Program-made: the position numbers and the translations under genes | The notes under the pieces: model-generated | The model's input: only the letters and a program-made list of their open reading frames with translations | The model's database searches: none | Told to the model about the DNA's origin: nothing | Assembly: GCA_002269645.1 (NCBI GenBank) | Contig: NIVC01003613.1 | Location: 1 to 49,074 of the forward strand | Reading direction: 5' to 3' | Source of the DNA: Macrostomum lignano | Lineage: Eukaryota | Length of the DNA: 49,074 nucleotides | Shown here: piece by piece, positions 12,110 through 23,600 of the stretch | Numbering within the stretch: the first letter of the stretch is position 1 | Layout of the letters: each line of letters starts with the position of its first letter

Positions 12110-13563
12110 GTGAGTACATGTGAATTTAGCATAAAATTAAAGTAATTTTTACTGGACGACAAAAACAATTAAACTCTTAACTACTTTTAGTAAGCATGTT
12201 TGCAAGCACTACTTTCCCATATGAGCTTATTTTAGCTACTGCAAAAATTCGGTCAACTAATTAACGAAGTTAAATTTTACGGGCCCGCCTGCGTAAGAGC
12301 GCATCTTTCTATATAAGTGTTCATGCAGTCTTTTAATCTTTCCTACTAAAGAATGCTAGCTTTTAATAAATTATACTTCAAAACATATTAACCAAATTTA
12401 TACAAGCCGAGTTTCGTTTTATAACATCTATTATCGACGTAACCATAAGTTTACTACGCAACTTTAAATAAATGAAATTACAATCAATCTCTTTTGCTAA
12501 AAATAAAAGAAAAAGACTCTTCTGTTAATTATTTTCTGAAACTATAGAGCTATGTCTATAAGTAGTCAGTGGGGCATGTAGCAAAAAGGTTGGTAGACGG
12601 TTATTTTTTAATCTAATCCCAACGTTGGCCACCAACGTTTAAAAATCTTAAAAAGGCGGGCCAAAAACGACGTTATTTCAACATCCAATAGCAACCTTTT
12701 TTCAACCATTGAAAAAACATTGTATCAATGTTAATGGCAGCCCGGGCGGTGCCTATAGGTCCTCACAATGAACTCCCGGGTCGGCTCTGATGAAACCTCT
12801 TGTAGCGAGATGACGGGGCATCTATAAAGTCCAGCGCGCTAGCTGCGCTACTAGCAGACTCGGCTTAAGCGGCGAATTGACAGTGCGGCAGTTCAGCGTC
12901 CCGACCCATGCAAAGCGGGCCCTGCCGTACGGCTGGGGCTCGATGACAATGAGCCTCGACCATCACGGCCATCTGGCATATGGAAGATTCGATCGGCCAA
13001 GATGGCAGCAGCTAAACAGGCAGATCAACACGGCATGCAGACCTCGCCAGTTTTGCTCACGCCGACGTTCAACTCGCTGGCGCTCCTATACACATTCTAA
13101 TTAAGCATACATATGTATGAGCCCTTCAGAATCACGCGCCCAATGTACATGTACATCATGGAAACAGGCTATGTATATATACATGCATTTATTTAATATG
13201 GAAATATATTTTCGCTACACAACTTTATTAAACAACAAATTGTAACTGCCCCTGATACAATGCAATCATTTGATTATACGTGTACATGCAGTACATATAA
13301 CATGTACATGTATGATGAATAGATCGAATGATTTTTCCTATGTGTGGTGTATTCTTTCAGGAAATTAGCAAAAAATGCACGATCTTTGAATTTTACGTCC
13401 AATATGTGGTTCTAAAGATCTCCCTAGCTGCTGTAAGCATTAGCGCGCCCATAAATGTACGAACATGTACAGCAGAAGGATCATCCTGCAACTGTATTAG
13501 ACTGCGCATGTATTAAATAGATGCGCAGTTGTACGTAAACGAATGGTGCAAAAAGTGAAGCCT

Positions 13564-13983
13564 CCGGGGCGTCGCTATGGATTTTATGGTGGGGGGGACA
13601 AAGCCAAATTTAACATGTACACATGTACGACATGACCATATTTAAAATTCCTACATTTACAAGTACATTATTTAATTTAAGAATCGTGTTGTCAGCACTC
13701 ATTTTGGCGTCGCAGGCATTCCATTTTAGCGCCGCAGGCATTCCTTTTAGCGCCGCAGCTGCACTCATGCAGGCACGATCATTTTTAGCGCCGTAGGCAC
13801 TCATTTTGGCGCTAAAGGCGCTGTATTTTGGCGCCCTGAAGAAAAATTATTGATTAACACAACGAGTCACAAGGTGGGGTGGGGAGTGACAAAGCATTGG
13901 CATGTCCCCCCCATATACTGTAGCAATTAACTACATGGACTTGGACATGTCCCCCTGCCCCCCCCCCAGTGGCGATGCACCTA
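13564..13983. mobile_element. Decayed non-autonomous DNA transposon (MITE-like)
   Basis: Imperfect terminal inverted repeats (CCGGGGCGTCGC...GGGGGGGACA versus TGTCCCCC...GCGATGCACCTA) and internal TTTTAGCGCC repeats. No target-site duplication recognised. Confidence 0.35.
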
Positions 13984-14808
13984 GCTGATTTTAGATCAAT
14001 TTTTGGATTGTTTAAAAAAGAAATACTTATCTCTTGCTTTATTTCTTGCTTCTTATTCTGAGCTGTAGGAGATTCGATGTTTTTACAGGGAAGGACATGA
14101 TCAAGAATAGCGAAAAGCGTAGTAATTGTGCTATATTTATATTCTTCTTTGCACCTGTGAGTATAAGCGTTGCAACTTAATTTCAATCTTAAATATAACT
14201 TAACTTTTGGAAGCTTTTTTATAACATGTTTTCTAATTTGTGTTTGTTATAGTTAATTATGTTTCGCAGAAAGTGAAACGAATTTTGAAAGTAATGGATA
14301 TCTGAATTTCCGAAGCAACTAGTGCCAACTACTCTAATCTTTTAAACTGCCTTTTATCAAAAGTTCTCTGTTATTTATTTGTATGTATCAATAACGATAT
14401 TATTTGATGTTTAAAAAAATTAAGTAGACATGGCTACTATTCATTTCAAATCTTTTTGATAACAATGGTTTATTTACCTAAGTGCAGTCGAAATGCAGTC
14501 ATTCAAAATTGCAACGTTAATATTAATTAATCATGACTGATAACGAACGACTTGAGTCTTGACCAAATAGATAAGATGTAAAAAATTAAAAAGGATGACT
14601 TCGACCATTTCCTCTCGCATAGATAGGATATTAGGACAGTTTTATTTTGGCAGTTGCAGTGTTTGAATGTTACAGTGACTGAGTAGGCCCTAGTGAAAGT
14701 AATAGCAAAATGGTTGTGACTTATGCTATGTATATGCCTATTATAATGGTTATGCTATGGTTATGCTATGCTAAAGATTGTCCATTTCAACTGCATTACA
14801 ATTGGTTA

Positions 14809-15099
14809 CATACATGCGCAACAGTCGGCCAAGTCGGCCGACCGATTTGGCAGGGCTGCCAACCAAGGAAGTTGCAAAATTCCCACCCGAAAAATAACAA
14901 AGTTGTAGTACTAAGTAGCTGACGAGGCCTTTTGGCTTGATAAGACAGTTATAGTTACTCCTGCCGTTTACCCAAAAATTGCGTTAATTTTGCTATAGGG
15001 TTTTTTTATGTAAGTTGCTTTTTTGGCCAAAAACTACATTGCATTTTTGTTAAAACAAAGTCGCATGGCCGACCGAATTTTGGAGGTTGCGCATGTATG
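14809..15099. mobile_element. MITE with perfect 14-bp TIR and probable decayed 8-bp TSD (hAT- or P-like)
   Basis: CATACATGCGCAAC (14809-14822) and GTTGCGCATGTATG (15086-15099). Flanks ATTGGTTA and ACTGATTA match at 6 of 8 positions. Confidence 0.7.
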
Positions 15100-16134
15100 A
15101 CTGATTATTTTATGGTCAATGCCAGTTAGCCAGTGATAGTGATAGGCTATAATATATATACTAACTGATTAAAAAATTAGGGGCCTAGTGATTGCTAATA
15201 GCAGGCACTATTTTTACTTTGACATTTAGACTGATTTAGTGCAATTAGACCTAGTGCTACTAATTTTGAAATATGTTAAATTAATAAATATATTTAATAT
15301 AAACAACAATTTCATATGGATTCTTTTGTTTTTGCACATTTTTTACCTTATACATTTTAAGTAAATAAACTAATAATGCCATTGGCAGCTATCTTAATTC
15401 ACTTTTTTAAAGACAACTTTGGGTAAATAACAAATAGTATCAGTATTCACATTAGGACTGACACATCCAATAGAATATTAGGCAATACTAAATTGTAGAT
15501 TTGGTTTTAATTTTAAGTATTAGGCCTATTCATTATTATAGACATCAACAATATTAGTGTCAAACTAAGACATAGACATGACAAAAGAAGTAGGCCTACA
15601 AGTTAATAAATAAAATTAAATAAATCAACAACTTTTTGCCAATGAATTAGAAACAGTAAAAAACTTTTAAAAGTCAATGATAAAAACAATATTAAGTGTT
15701 GATAATAAAAACCAAAAGATGAATTTTAATTTTTTTTGCATTTCTATGAAAATTAGAAATATATTTATATAATAGTTAATTTACTACTTAAATAGAGTCT
15801 TATTAATTGCTATTAACCATCTAGTTTTGTAGCAAAAAAGAATTTAGCATAATTAGTGATTTTCAAAAAAGATTAGTGGCACTTTTGCTATTTTGATAAT
15901 GTACATACTATTTTTAATATAGTAGATTCCTAAAAGACTATAGTATTTTAGGTTGATTTGAATTTAATTCTTTTAAAAATATAAGACAATAAATTATTTC
16001 TGTATACATAATTTTTATAAAAGACAATACATTTTTAAAAGAACAATAGAACAATAAACAATGGACAATTTTTTATTGCCCTGACAGAAAATAAAATGAA
16101 TAGAATCTTAATTAATATGCTTCAGTTTGATATA

Positions 16135-16291
16135 CATATATGCGTAACCTTGGGAATCACTCAGCCATTTCTATTGGCAACACACACATATAAGTTGCTA
16201 TTGGCTGAGAGTAGTCTGTCTAATAGCAACTTACATGTGTGTGTTGCCAATAGAAACGGCCAGGTGAATCCCTAGGTTGCGCCCAAGCATG
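16135..16291. mobile_element. 157-bp palindromic MITE with perfect 8-bp TSD
   Basis: Arms of ~60 bp are near-perfect reverse complements. TTGATATA flanks both sides (16127-16134, 16292-16299). The left end CATATATGCGTAAC resembles the TIR at 14809. Confidence 0.8.
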
Positions 16292-16370
16292 TTGATATAC
16301 AATTTGTAAAAAATATTTTTATAAAAGTTAAAATGTTAAGATTGTCCATTGTTTATAGATTATCCATGTA

Positions 16371-16720
16371 TAGAGATTATAGCCTAGTGGTTAGTGAGTT
16401 AGACTTATAACTAATAGGTTAGAAGTTTATTTCTCAACTCACTTGGAAAAATTTATGTCCTTAAACAAGGAATTCACTTAACTCTGCATTGCTCAGTCCA
16501 CCTAGCTAGAAATTGGATACCAGAATTAGCTGGGGTAATTGAGGGTATATATGGTGACTCCCTAGTCCTTGGACTAAACAGCTGTATATAACCTTTATAT
16601 GTGCTACAAAATAGCTGTTGCCAAGTAGTTGGTTGTGTATCTGCCTATTATGGCAAGTATAACCCATTGTTACCTGGATTCTGTAATATTACTATATTAT
16701 ATCATTTATATTATATCACT
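16371..16720 (+). mobile_element. Decayed tRNA-derived SINE with CORE/MIR-like body
   Basis: A-box-like TAGCCTAGTGG (16380-16390) and a decayed B-box region. The body GTCCTTAAACAAGG..CACTTAACTC..CATTGCTCAGTCCACC.AGCTAGAAATTGGATACC resembles the CORE-type SINE domain as I recall it, and an AT-rich simple tail follows. Confidence 0.55.
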
Positions 16721-16893
16721 ATGACAATATAGTACATTATCAAATTTGAACAGAAAGTTTAGTTTAATATTATGAAAAACCAGATCATATATGCAAAATG
16801 TAACTAAAACTGGATAAATTGGTATGTTAGATAGAAGATATAAACTAACAAGGCAATTATATTTAAAATGAATTGCTAACATTTATTTTGGTA

Positions 16894-17538
16894 TAGTGTT
16901 TCGCCGTAAGGAGGGTCCATGTACCATAGCTATAGCCATAAGCAAAACTACAGCTTATTCCTATTCTCTGTATTCCGTAGCCATAGGGACCCCAATATTA
17001 CCATATTCCCATAGTTCCCGTAGCCATAGCCATAGTTTTATCAAAAAGTCTAGAAAACAAAATATTTTAAATCAAGAAGATAACCTAGTGCTTAAAAAAC
17101 TGCAAATTAAGTTAGAAAATAAAATAAACACTCGATTGCCTTTGTAAGATTATATTTTGTCTTTTTTTCAGAGCAACAATATTTAATCATTACTGAAAGT
17201 ACTAATGCTGAACTTTTCCTATTAATAAAAATGAGAGTTTGCTAGTGTTTTATTGTACTTTTTTAGGTATATTTTATAAGTTTCTAGGTTGATAATACAG
17301 TTTACTAAAAGTATCTTTGTTTTACTCTACCTGTTACAAATATTTTTTTCAATTTTTTAACATTAATAACTACGGCTATGGGAATCTATGGAATGTGACA
17401 GCAACTACCACATTTCCATAGTCGTAGCCATGAGAGCAGCTACCTACCGTAGGCATATCTGTAGCTGCCGTAGGCACCTATTTTACCGTATTTGCCGTAG
17501 AATCCTGTAGCCATAGTTACGGCTACGATGGAACACTA
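16894..17538. mobile_element. hAT-type non-autonomous element (MITE)
   Basis: TIRs TAGTGTTTCGCCGTA and TACGATGGAACACTA match at 12 of 15 positions. Flanks TTTTGGTA and TTTAGGTA match at 7 of 8. CCGTAGCC/CCATAGCC subterminal repeats occur near both ends. Confidence 0.75.
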
Positions 17539-17669
17539 TTTAGGTACATATATCGAATTATGCTACAAATAATTTGAAATCATATTCATAGATTCCATTT
17601 TAAATATTTTATATTAGCTAAGCATTCTGCAAAATTGAAAATTCAGCCTTCAGCCAGGACCAAGTGTGC

Positions 17670-20600
17670 ATGGGTAAATTCAAGCCGCGCTGCTTCTTCG
17701 ATGTGGCCCTGCCAGGCGAAGATGGCGGTAGGTTTTCATAGGCGTTTTTGAGACTCTGGCTAAAAAAACAATGCTGTCTAGTGTCTAAATAACACGTTAA
17801 TCCACCACCTAAAACAGTTCACAGGATAATTTTCGAGTTATTCAACAACGTTGTTCCACTGACCTGCGAAAATTTCCGTCACCTCTGTTTAGGTAAATAT
17901 AAATAATATTCCTCTGCAACATTGCGCTACTCTTAGTAGTACACGTTAAATATGAAGAATATATCCTCAATGCACAACAGGTGACAAAGTGTCTAGCGAG
18001 AATCCAGGCCAGTCGCTGCACTATAAGGACTCAATTTTTCATCGGGTTATTAAAGGCTTTATGATTCAGGGCGGCGATATTACAAAACGCGATGGCACTG
18101 GCGGAGAGAGCATCTATGGCGGCCGCTTTAAAGGTTAGGGTTTGTGTGCTTTACTTCAACTGCTCTGCCCCTCCCCTCATGCCCTCCCCTGCCCTCATGC
18201 CCGCCCTCCCCTGCCCTCCTGCCCTCTCCTGTCCTCCCCCGCACTCCTACCCTCCCATGCCCTCCTGCCCTCCTGCCCTCCCCTGCCCTCCCCCGCAATA
18301 CTACCCTCCCATGCCCTCCTGTCCTCTCCCTGCCTTCCTGGCCCTCCCCTATCCTCCTGCCCTCCCTTGCCTCCTGCCCTCCTGCCCTCCCCTGCCCTAA
18401 TGTCCTCCCTTTGCCCTCCCCCCGCCTACCCCTCTGCCCTCCCCTGCCCTCCCCGCAATACTACCCTCCCATGCCCTCCTGTCCTCTCCCTGCCTTCCCC
18501 CCGCCTTCCCCTCTGCCCTCCCCTGCCCTCTCCTGCCCTCCCCCGCAATACTACCCTCCCATGCCCTCCCCTGCCCTAATGTCCTCCCTTTGCCCTCCCC
18601 CCGCTCTCCTTTGCCCTCCCTTGTCCTCCTGCCCTCCCTTGTCCTCCTGCCCTCCCTTGCCCTCCTGCCCGCCCCTGCCCTCCTGCCCTCCCCTGCCCTA
18701 ATGTCCTCCCTTTGCCCTCCCCCCGCCTTCCCCTCTGCCCTCCCCTGCCCTCCCGAGCTCAAATTTCAAATTCTTGTACCTCATTCTCTTATTTTATCTT
18801 AGTTTAACTAAATTCTCTTATGCAACATTTGTTTTAGACGAGAACTTCGATTTGAAGCACGATCGACCGTTTTTACTCTCAATGGCCAACAAAGGCAGAG
18901 ATGCGAATGGGTCTCAGTTTTTTATGTAAGTCGTAATTTTATTCCGCAATATATTCTATAATAATTTCTGGTTTAATGTCTTATTAAGGCATACTTGGCA
19001 TTTTATTTATTTCCACAACAGCACCACCACGCCTGCTAGCCATCTGGACAACAAGCACGTAGTATTCGGCCAAGTTCTAGACGGTCAAGACGTTGTTAAA
19101 CGCATCGAGAATCAACCTGTCAACGATGAAAAGCGTCCAGTGAATGACATTACCATTGTCAATTGCGGCGAATTAGTTCCCGGTACGTGTTTTCGATATT
19201 TTATGCGTACTTTTCTATTGAATTGTTCTATTTTTTACTTTTGTCAGTAGTGTAATCAGCAAATTTACGCTATTTTTACAGTGCGAAAGAAAAAACCGAC
19301 TTCCGATGAGGCGGACGCGAGCACCGGAGCCGGGGTTGATGCCTCTGATGGCGCTGACGGCGAGACCACGTCGAAAAAGAAAGCTAAGAAGGCTAAGAAA
19401 GAAAAGAAAAAGAAGGAGAAGAAAGAGAAGAAAAGCAAAAAAGATAAAAAGAATGAGAAAGATGCTGAAGATGGAGACAGAGAAGATGGAGAGTAAGTAT
19501 TGTCTTTTATTATGCACCTTAGAATCGCCTCAGTAAGCTACCTGAGATTCGCCCCTTTAGCCTACCCAAGAATCGCCCCTTTAGCCTATCTGAGAATCGC
19601 CTTACTAGCCTATCTGAGAATCGCCTTAGTAGGCTACCTGAGAATCGCCTTAGTAGGCTGCCTGAGAATCGCCCCTTTAGTCTACCTGAGAATCGCCCCT
19701 TTAGCCTACCTGAGAATCGCCCCTTTAGCCTGCCTGAGAATCGCCCCTTTAGCCTACCTGAGATTCACCCCTTTAGCCTACCTGAGAATCGCCCCCTTAG
19801 CCTACCTGAGATTCGCCCCTTTAGCCTACCTGAGAATCGCCCCTTTAGCCTACGTAAGAATCGCCCCTTTAGCCTACCTGAGAATCACCCCCTTAGCCTA
19901 CCTGAGAATCGCCCCTTTAGCCTACCTGAGAATCACCCCCTTAGCCTACCTGAGAATCGTACTTTAAGCCTACCTGAGAATCGCCCCTTAAGCCTACCTG
20001 AGATTCGCCCCTTTAGCCTACCTTAGATTCGCCCCTTTAGCCTACCTGAGATTCGCCCCTTTAGCCTACCTTACGATTAAACACAAGTTTCAATGACCCT
20101 GTTGTCAACCGCTGCAGGCTAGCAGACGACGAGCCGCTGTGCAGCGTTCGACCAGACGAGATACCGCCATCGCCGAAGAGAAAATTTTTAAGCCGCTATA
20201 CCGGGCCGCCTAGGGAGAATGCGTCAGCAACTAGACGGTATGGTTATATGTTTATATGCCGATATGTATCGAAAAATGGAACTCTTATAAACTCTTTTAT
20301 TAGATTCCTAATACTACCAAATACGCCTATATGTATCGATAAAAACTTTATTCTCATTGACATTTTGCAGAGTGCGTAGAAATGAATCCCCTGAGCTTAA
20401 TTACTCTGGTAATCAACGGCGAAGTTTTGCTCGCAACGACGCCAGCGGACTTAAGGTCAAAGGTCGAGGCAATTTGGTGAGTTTTTTTCTGTTCAATTTG
20501 GTTCAGTTCATCGGCCTCATCTACTTCTAATCTCTAGTGTCAACTCCTGTCTTCATACCTGTCTCACTATCAGACACCTGTCCATTGTCCTCAGGCACCT

Positions 20601-23600
20601 TTCCTCAGACACCTGTCCTCAGGCACCTGTCTCACTACTAGCCCGTGTTCTCAGGCACCTTTCCTCAAACACCTGTCCTCAGGCACCTGTCTCACTACTA
20701 GCCCGTGTTCTCAGACCTCTGTCCTCGGACACCTTTTCTCAGGCACCTGTCCACAAGCACCTGTCCTCAGGCACCTGTCCTCAGGCACCTGTCCTCAGGC
20801 ACCTGTCTCACTACCAGCCCGTGTTCTCAAACACCTGTCCTCAGGCCACTGTCCTCAAACACCTGTCTCACTAAGAGCCCGTGTTCTCTGACACCTGTTC
20901 TCAAACACCTGTCCTCAAGCACATTTTCTCAAACACCTGTCCTCAGGCACCTGTCTCACTACGAGCCCGTATTCTCAGACACTTGTTCTCAAACACCTGT
21001 CCTCAAGCACATTTTCTCAAACACCTGTCCTCAGGCACCTGTCTCACTACGAGCCCGTGTTCTCAGACACCTGTTCTCAAACACCTGTCCTCAAGCACAT
21101 TTTCTCAAACACCTGTCCTCAGGCACCTGTCTCACTACGATCCCGTGTTCTCAGACACCTGTTCTCAAACACTTGTCCTCAAGCACATTTTCTCAAACAT
21201 CTGTCCTCAGGCACCTGTCTCACTACCAGCCCGTGTTCTCAGGCACCTGTCCTCAGGCACCCTACGCCACCAACCGTTGCTCCCTACCCACCCACTCCTA
21301 TCACCATCGCAGCGCTACCGCGGCCAGTCTCAGTCCGCCTCTTCCGGCGACGACACGCCGCCGCACTGGAAAGCGGCTTCTCGCGGCCTGAAAAAGATGA
21401 CGGACGACGATTGGCGTCAGTATCAGCGCAATCGGGACTCGGGAGCTGCTGCCGCCGCTTTGGGGCCAAAGTGAGCAGCTAATTGAGTATTGCCTGGGTG
21501 GTGGACACCTCAGTATGGCTCTTGTCCGGGTGGACACCTCAGTATGGCTCTTGTCTGGGTGGACAACTCAGTATGGCTCTTGTCTGGGTGGACACCTCAG
21601 TATGGCTCTTGTCCGGGTGGACACCTCAGTATGGCTCTTGTCTGGTTGATGGACAGACACCTCAGTATGGCTTAAAGTGCTCAGACACCTCAGTATGGCT
21701 TAAAGTGCTCAGACACCTCAGCATGGCACACAGAGTGCTCAGACACCTCAGCATGGCACACAGAGTGCTCAGACACCTCAGCATGGCTCACAGAGTGCTC
21801 AGACACCTCAGCATGGCTCACAGAGTGCTCAGACACCTCAGCATGGCTCACAGAGTGCTCAGACACCTCAGCATGGCACACAGAGTGCTCAGACACCTCA
21901 GCATGGCTCACAGAGTGCTCAGACACCTCAGCATGGCTCACAGAGTGCTCAGACACCTCAGCATGGCTCACAGAGTGCTCAGACACCTCAGCATGGCTCA
22001 CAGAGTGCTTAGACACCTCAGCATGGCTCACAGAGTGCTCAGACACTTCAGCATGGCTCACAGAGTGCTCAGACACCTCAGAATGGCTCACAGAGTGCTC
22101 AGACACCTCAGTATGGTTTAAAGTGCTCAAACATCTCACAGTGGTGTGGACTATTAGTTGTTTTGATGAAAAGTCACTGTTAATTTAAAATTCCTAATGC
22201 ATAGTATATATTTATTTAAAATTTCAGAAAAACGTTTGTACGATCTGGAGAGGAAGGTCAAAAGTAAGTAAAATTTAAATCGCATCTTTAGTAACTTTAT
22301 TATTTATTAAGTTATATAATACTGCTTAAGTTTTTAATTTTATATCAATTTTTATCAAATTCAGACGAGATCAGAAACCCGCGGACAAGTCCAAGAGTGA
22401 CGCCAATTATAACGGTCAATCTGAGGACGATTCGCAGTCGAAGCGTCGGCCATCCGGATCGGTCGACCGAAGCCTGGACTCGGACGATGAGCCTCAGATT
22501 GAACTGCTTGGCGACGATCAGAATTATGATTCCGATATTTTGGAGATTCTGGCTCCCGCGGGATCGAAGCGAAGGTAAAGGGGGGGGTGGATATTGAAAT
22601 CTACAGCAAGATTTCAAGCTCATCAAATGAGTCTGTCACTCTTCCTGGTTCTCTCAAACGAGTCTGTCACTCTTCCAGATTCTTTCAAACGAATCTGTCA
22701 CTATTTCAGATTCTCTCAAACGAGTCTGTCACTCTTTCAGATTCTCTCAAACGAATCTGTCACTCTTCCAGATTCTCTCAAACGAGTCTGTTACTCTTCC
22801 AGATTTTCTCAAACGAGTCTGTCACTCTTCCAGATTCTATCAAACGAGTCTGTCACTCTTTCAGATTCTCTCAAACGAATCTGTCACTCTTCCAGATTCT
22901 CTCAAACGAGTCTGTTACTCTTCCAGATTTTCTCAAACGAGTCTGTCACTCTTCCAGATTCTATCAAACGAGTCTGTCACTCTTCCAGATTCTCTCAAAC
23001 GAGTCTGTCACTCTTCCAGATTTTCTCAAACGAGTCTGTCACTCTTTCATATTCTCTCAAACGAGTCTGTCACTCTTTCATATTCTCTCCAACGAGTCTG
23101 TCACTCTTCTAAATTATTTCAATTGAGTCTGTCACTCTCCTAGATTTTCTAAACAAGCCTATCACTCAGTTTTTCTTAAATGTCACTCTTCTAGATTCTC
23201 TCAAAAGAATCTGTCACTCTTTCGGATTTTTAAACCGGGTCTTTCACACCAAATTCTCAACTGAGCTTGTCACCCATAGATTTTTTCAAACGAGTCTATC
23301 AATCTTGTGAAACGAGCCTGTCACTACTCTTAGGTTCTGACTGACTATAATTCTGCCACTATCACATATGCTCATACTCGTGTTCGATTCTCGATTCGTT
23401 GCAGAGATCGCGATCTTGGGTTAACCGACGGCGAGCCACCAACGCCATCAAAGACTGCCTCGGCGGCCAAGGACGTCGAGGGCGACACGCAGCAAGCGGA
23501 AGAAAGGCCTCTTAAACCGGCTGCGCCTGCTGGTTCGTCGCCTCCGCCGGCAAAACGACAGCGTCGACGTAGCGGCAGCGGCGTCGACCGTCGATTGTCT

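Noticed and set aside
16371-16445. tRNA gene
   Set aside because: The A-box is present, but the B-box and cloverleaf are decayed and SINE-like body sequence follows.
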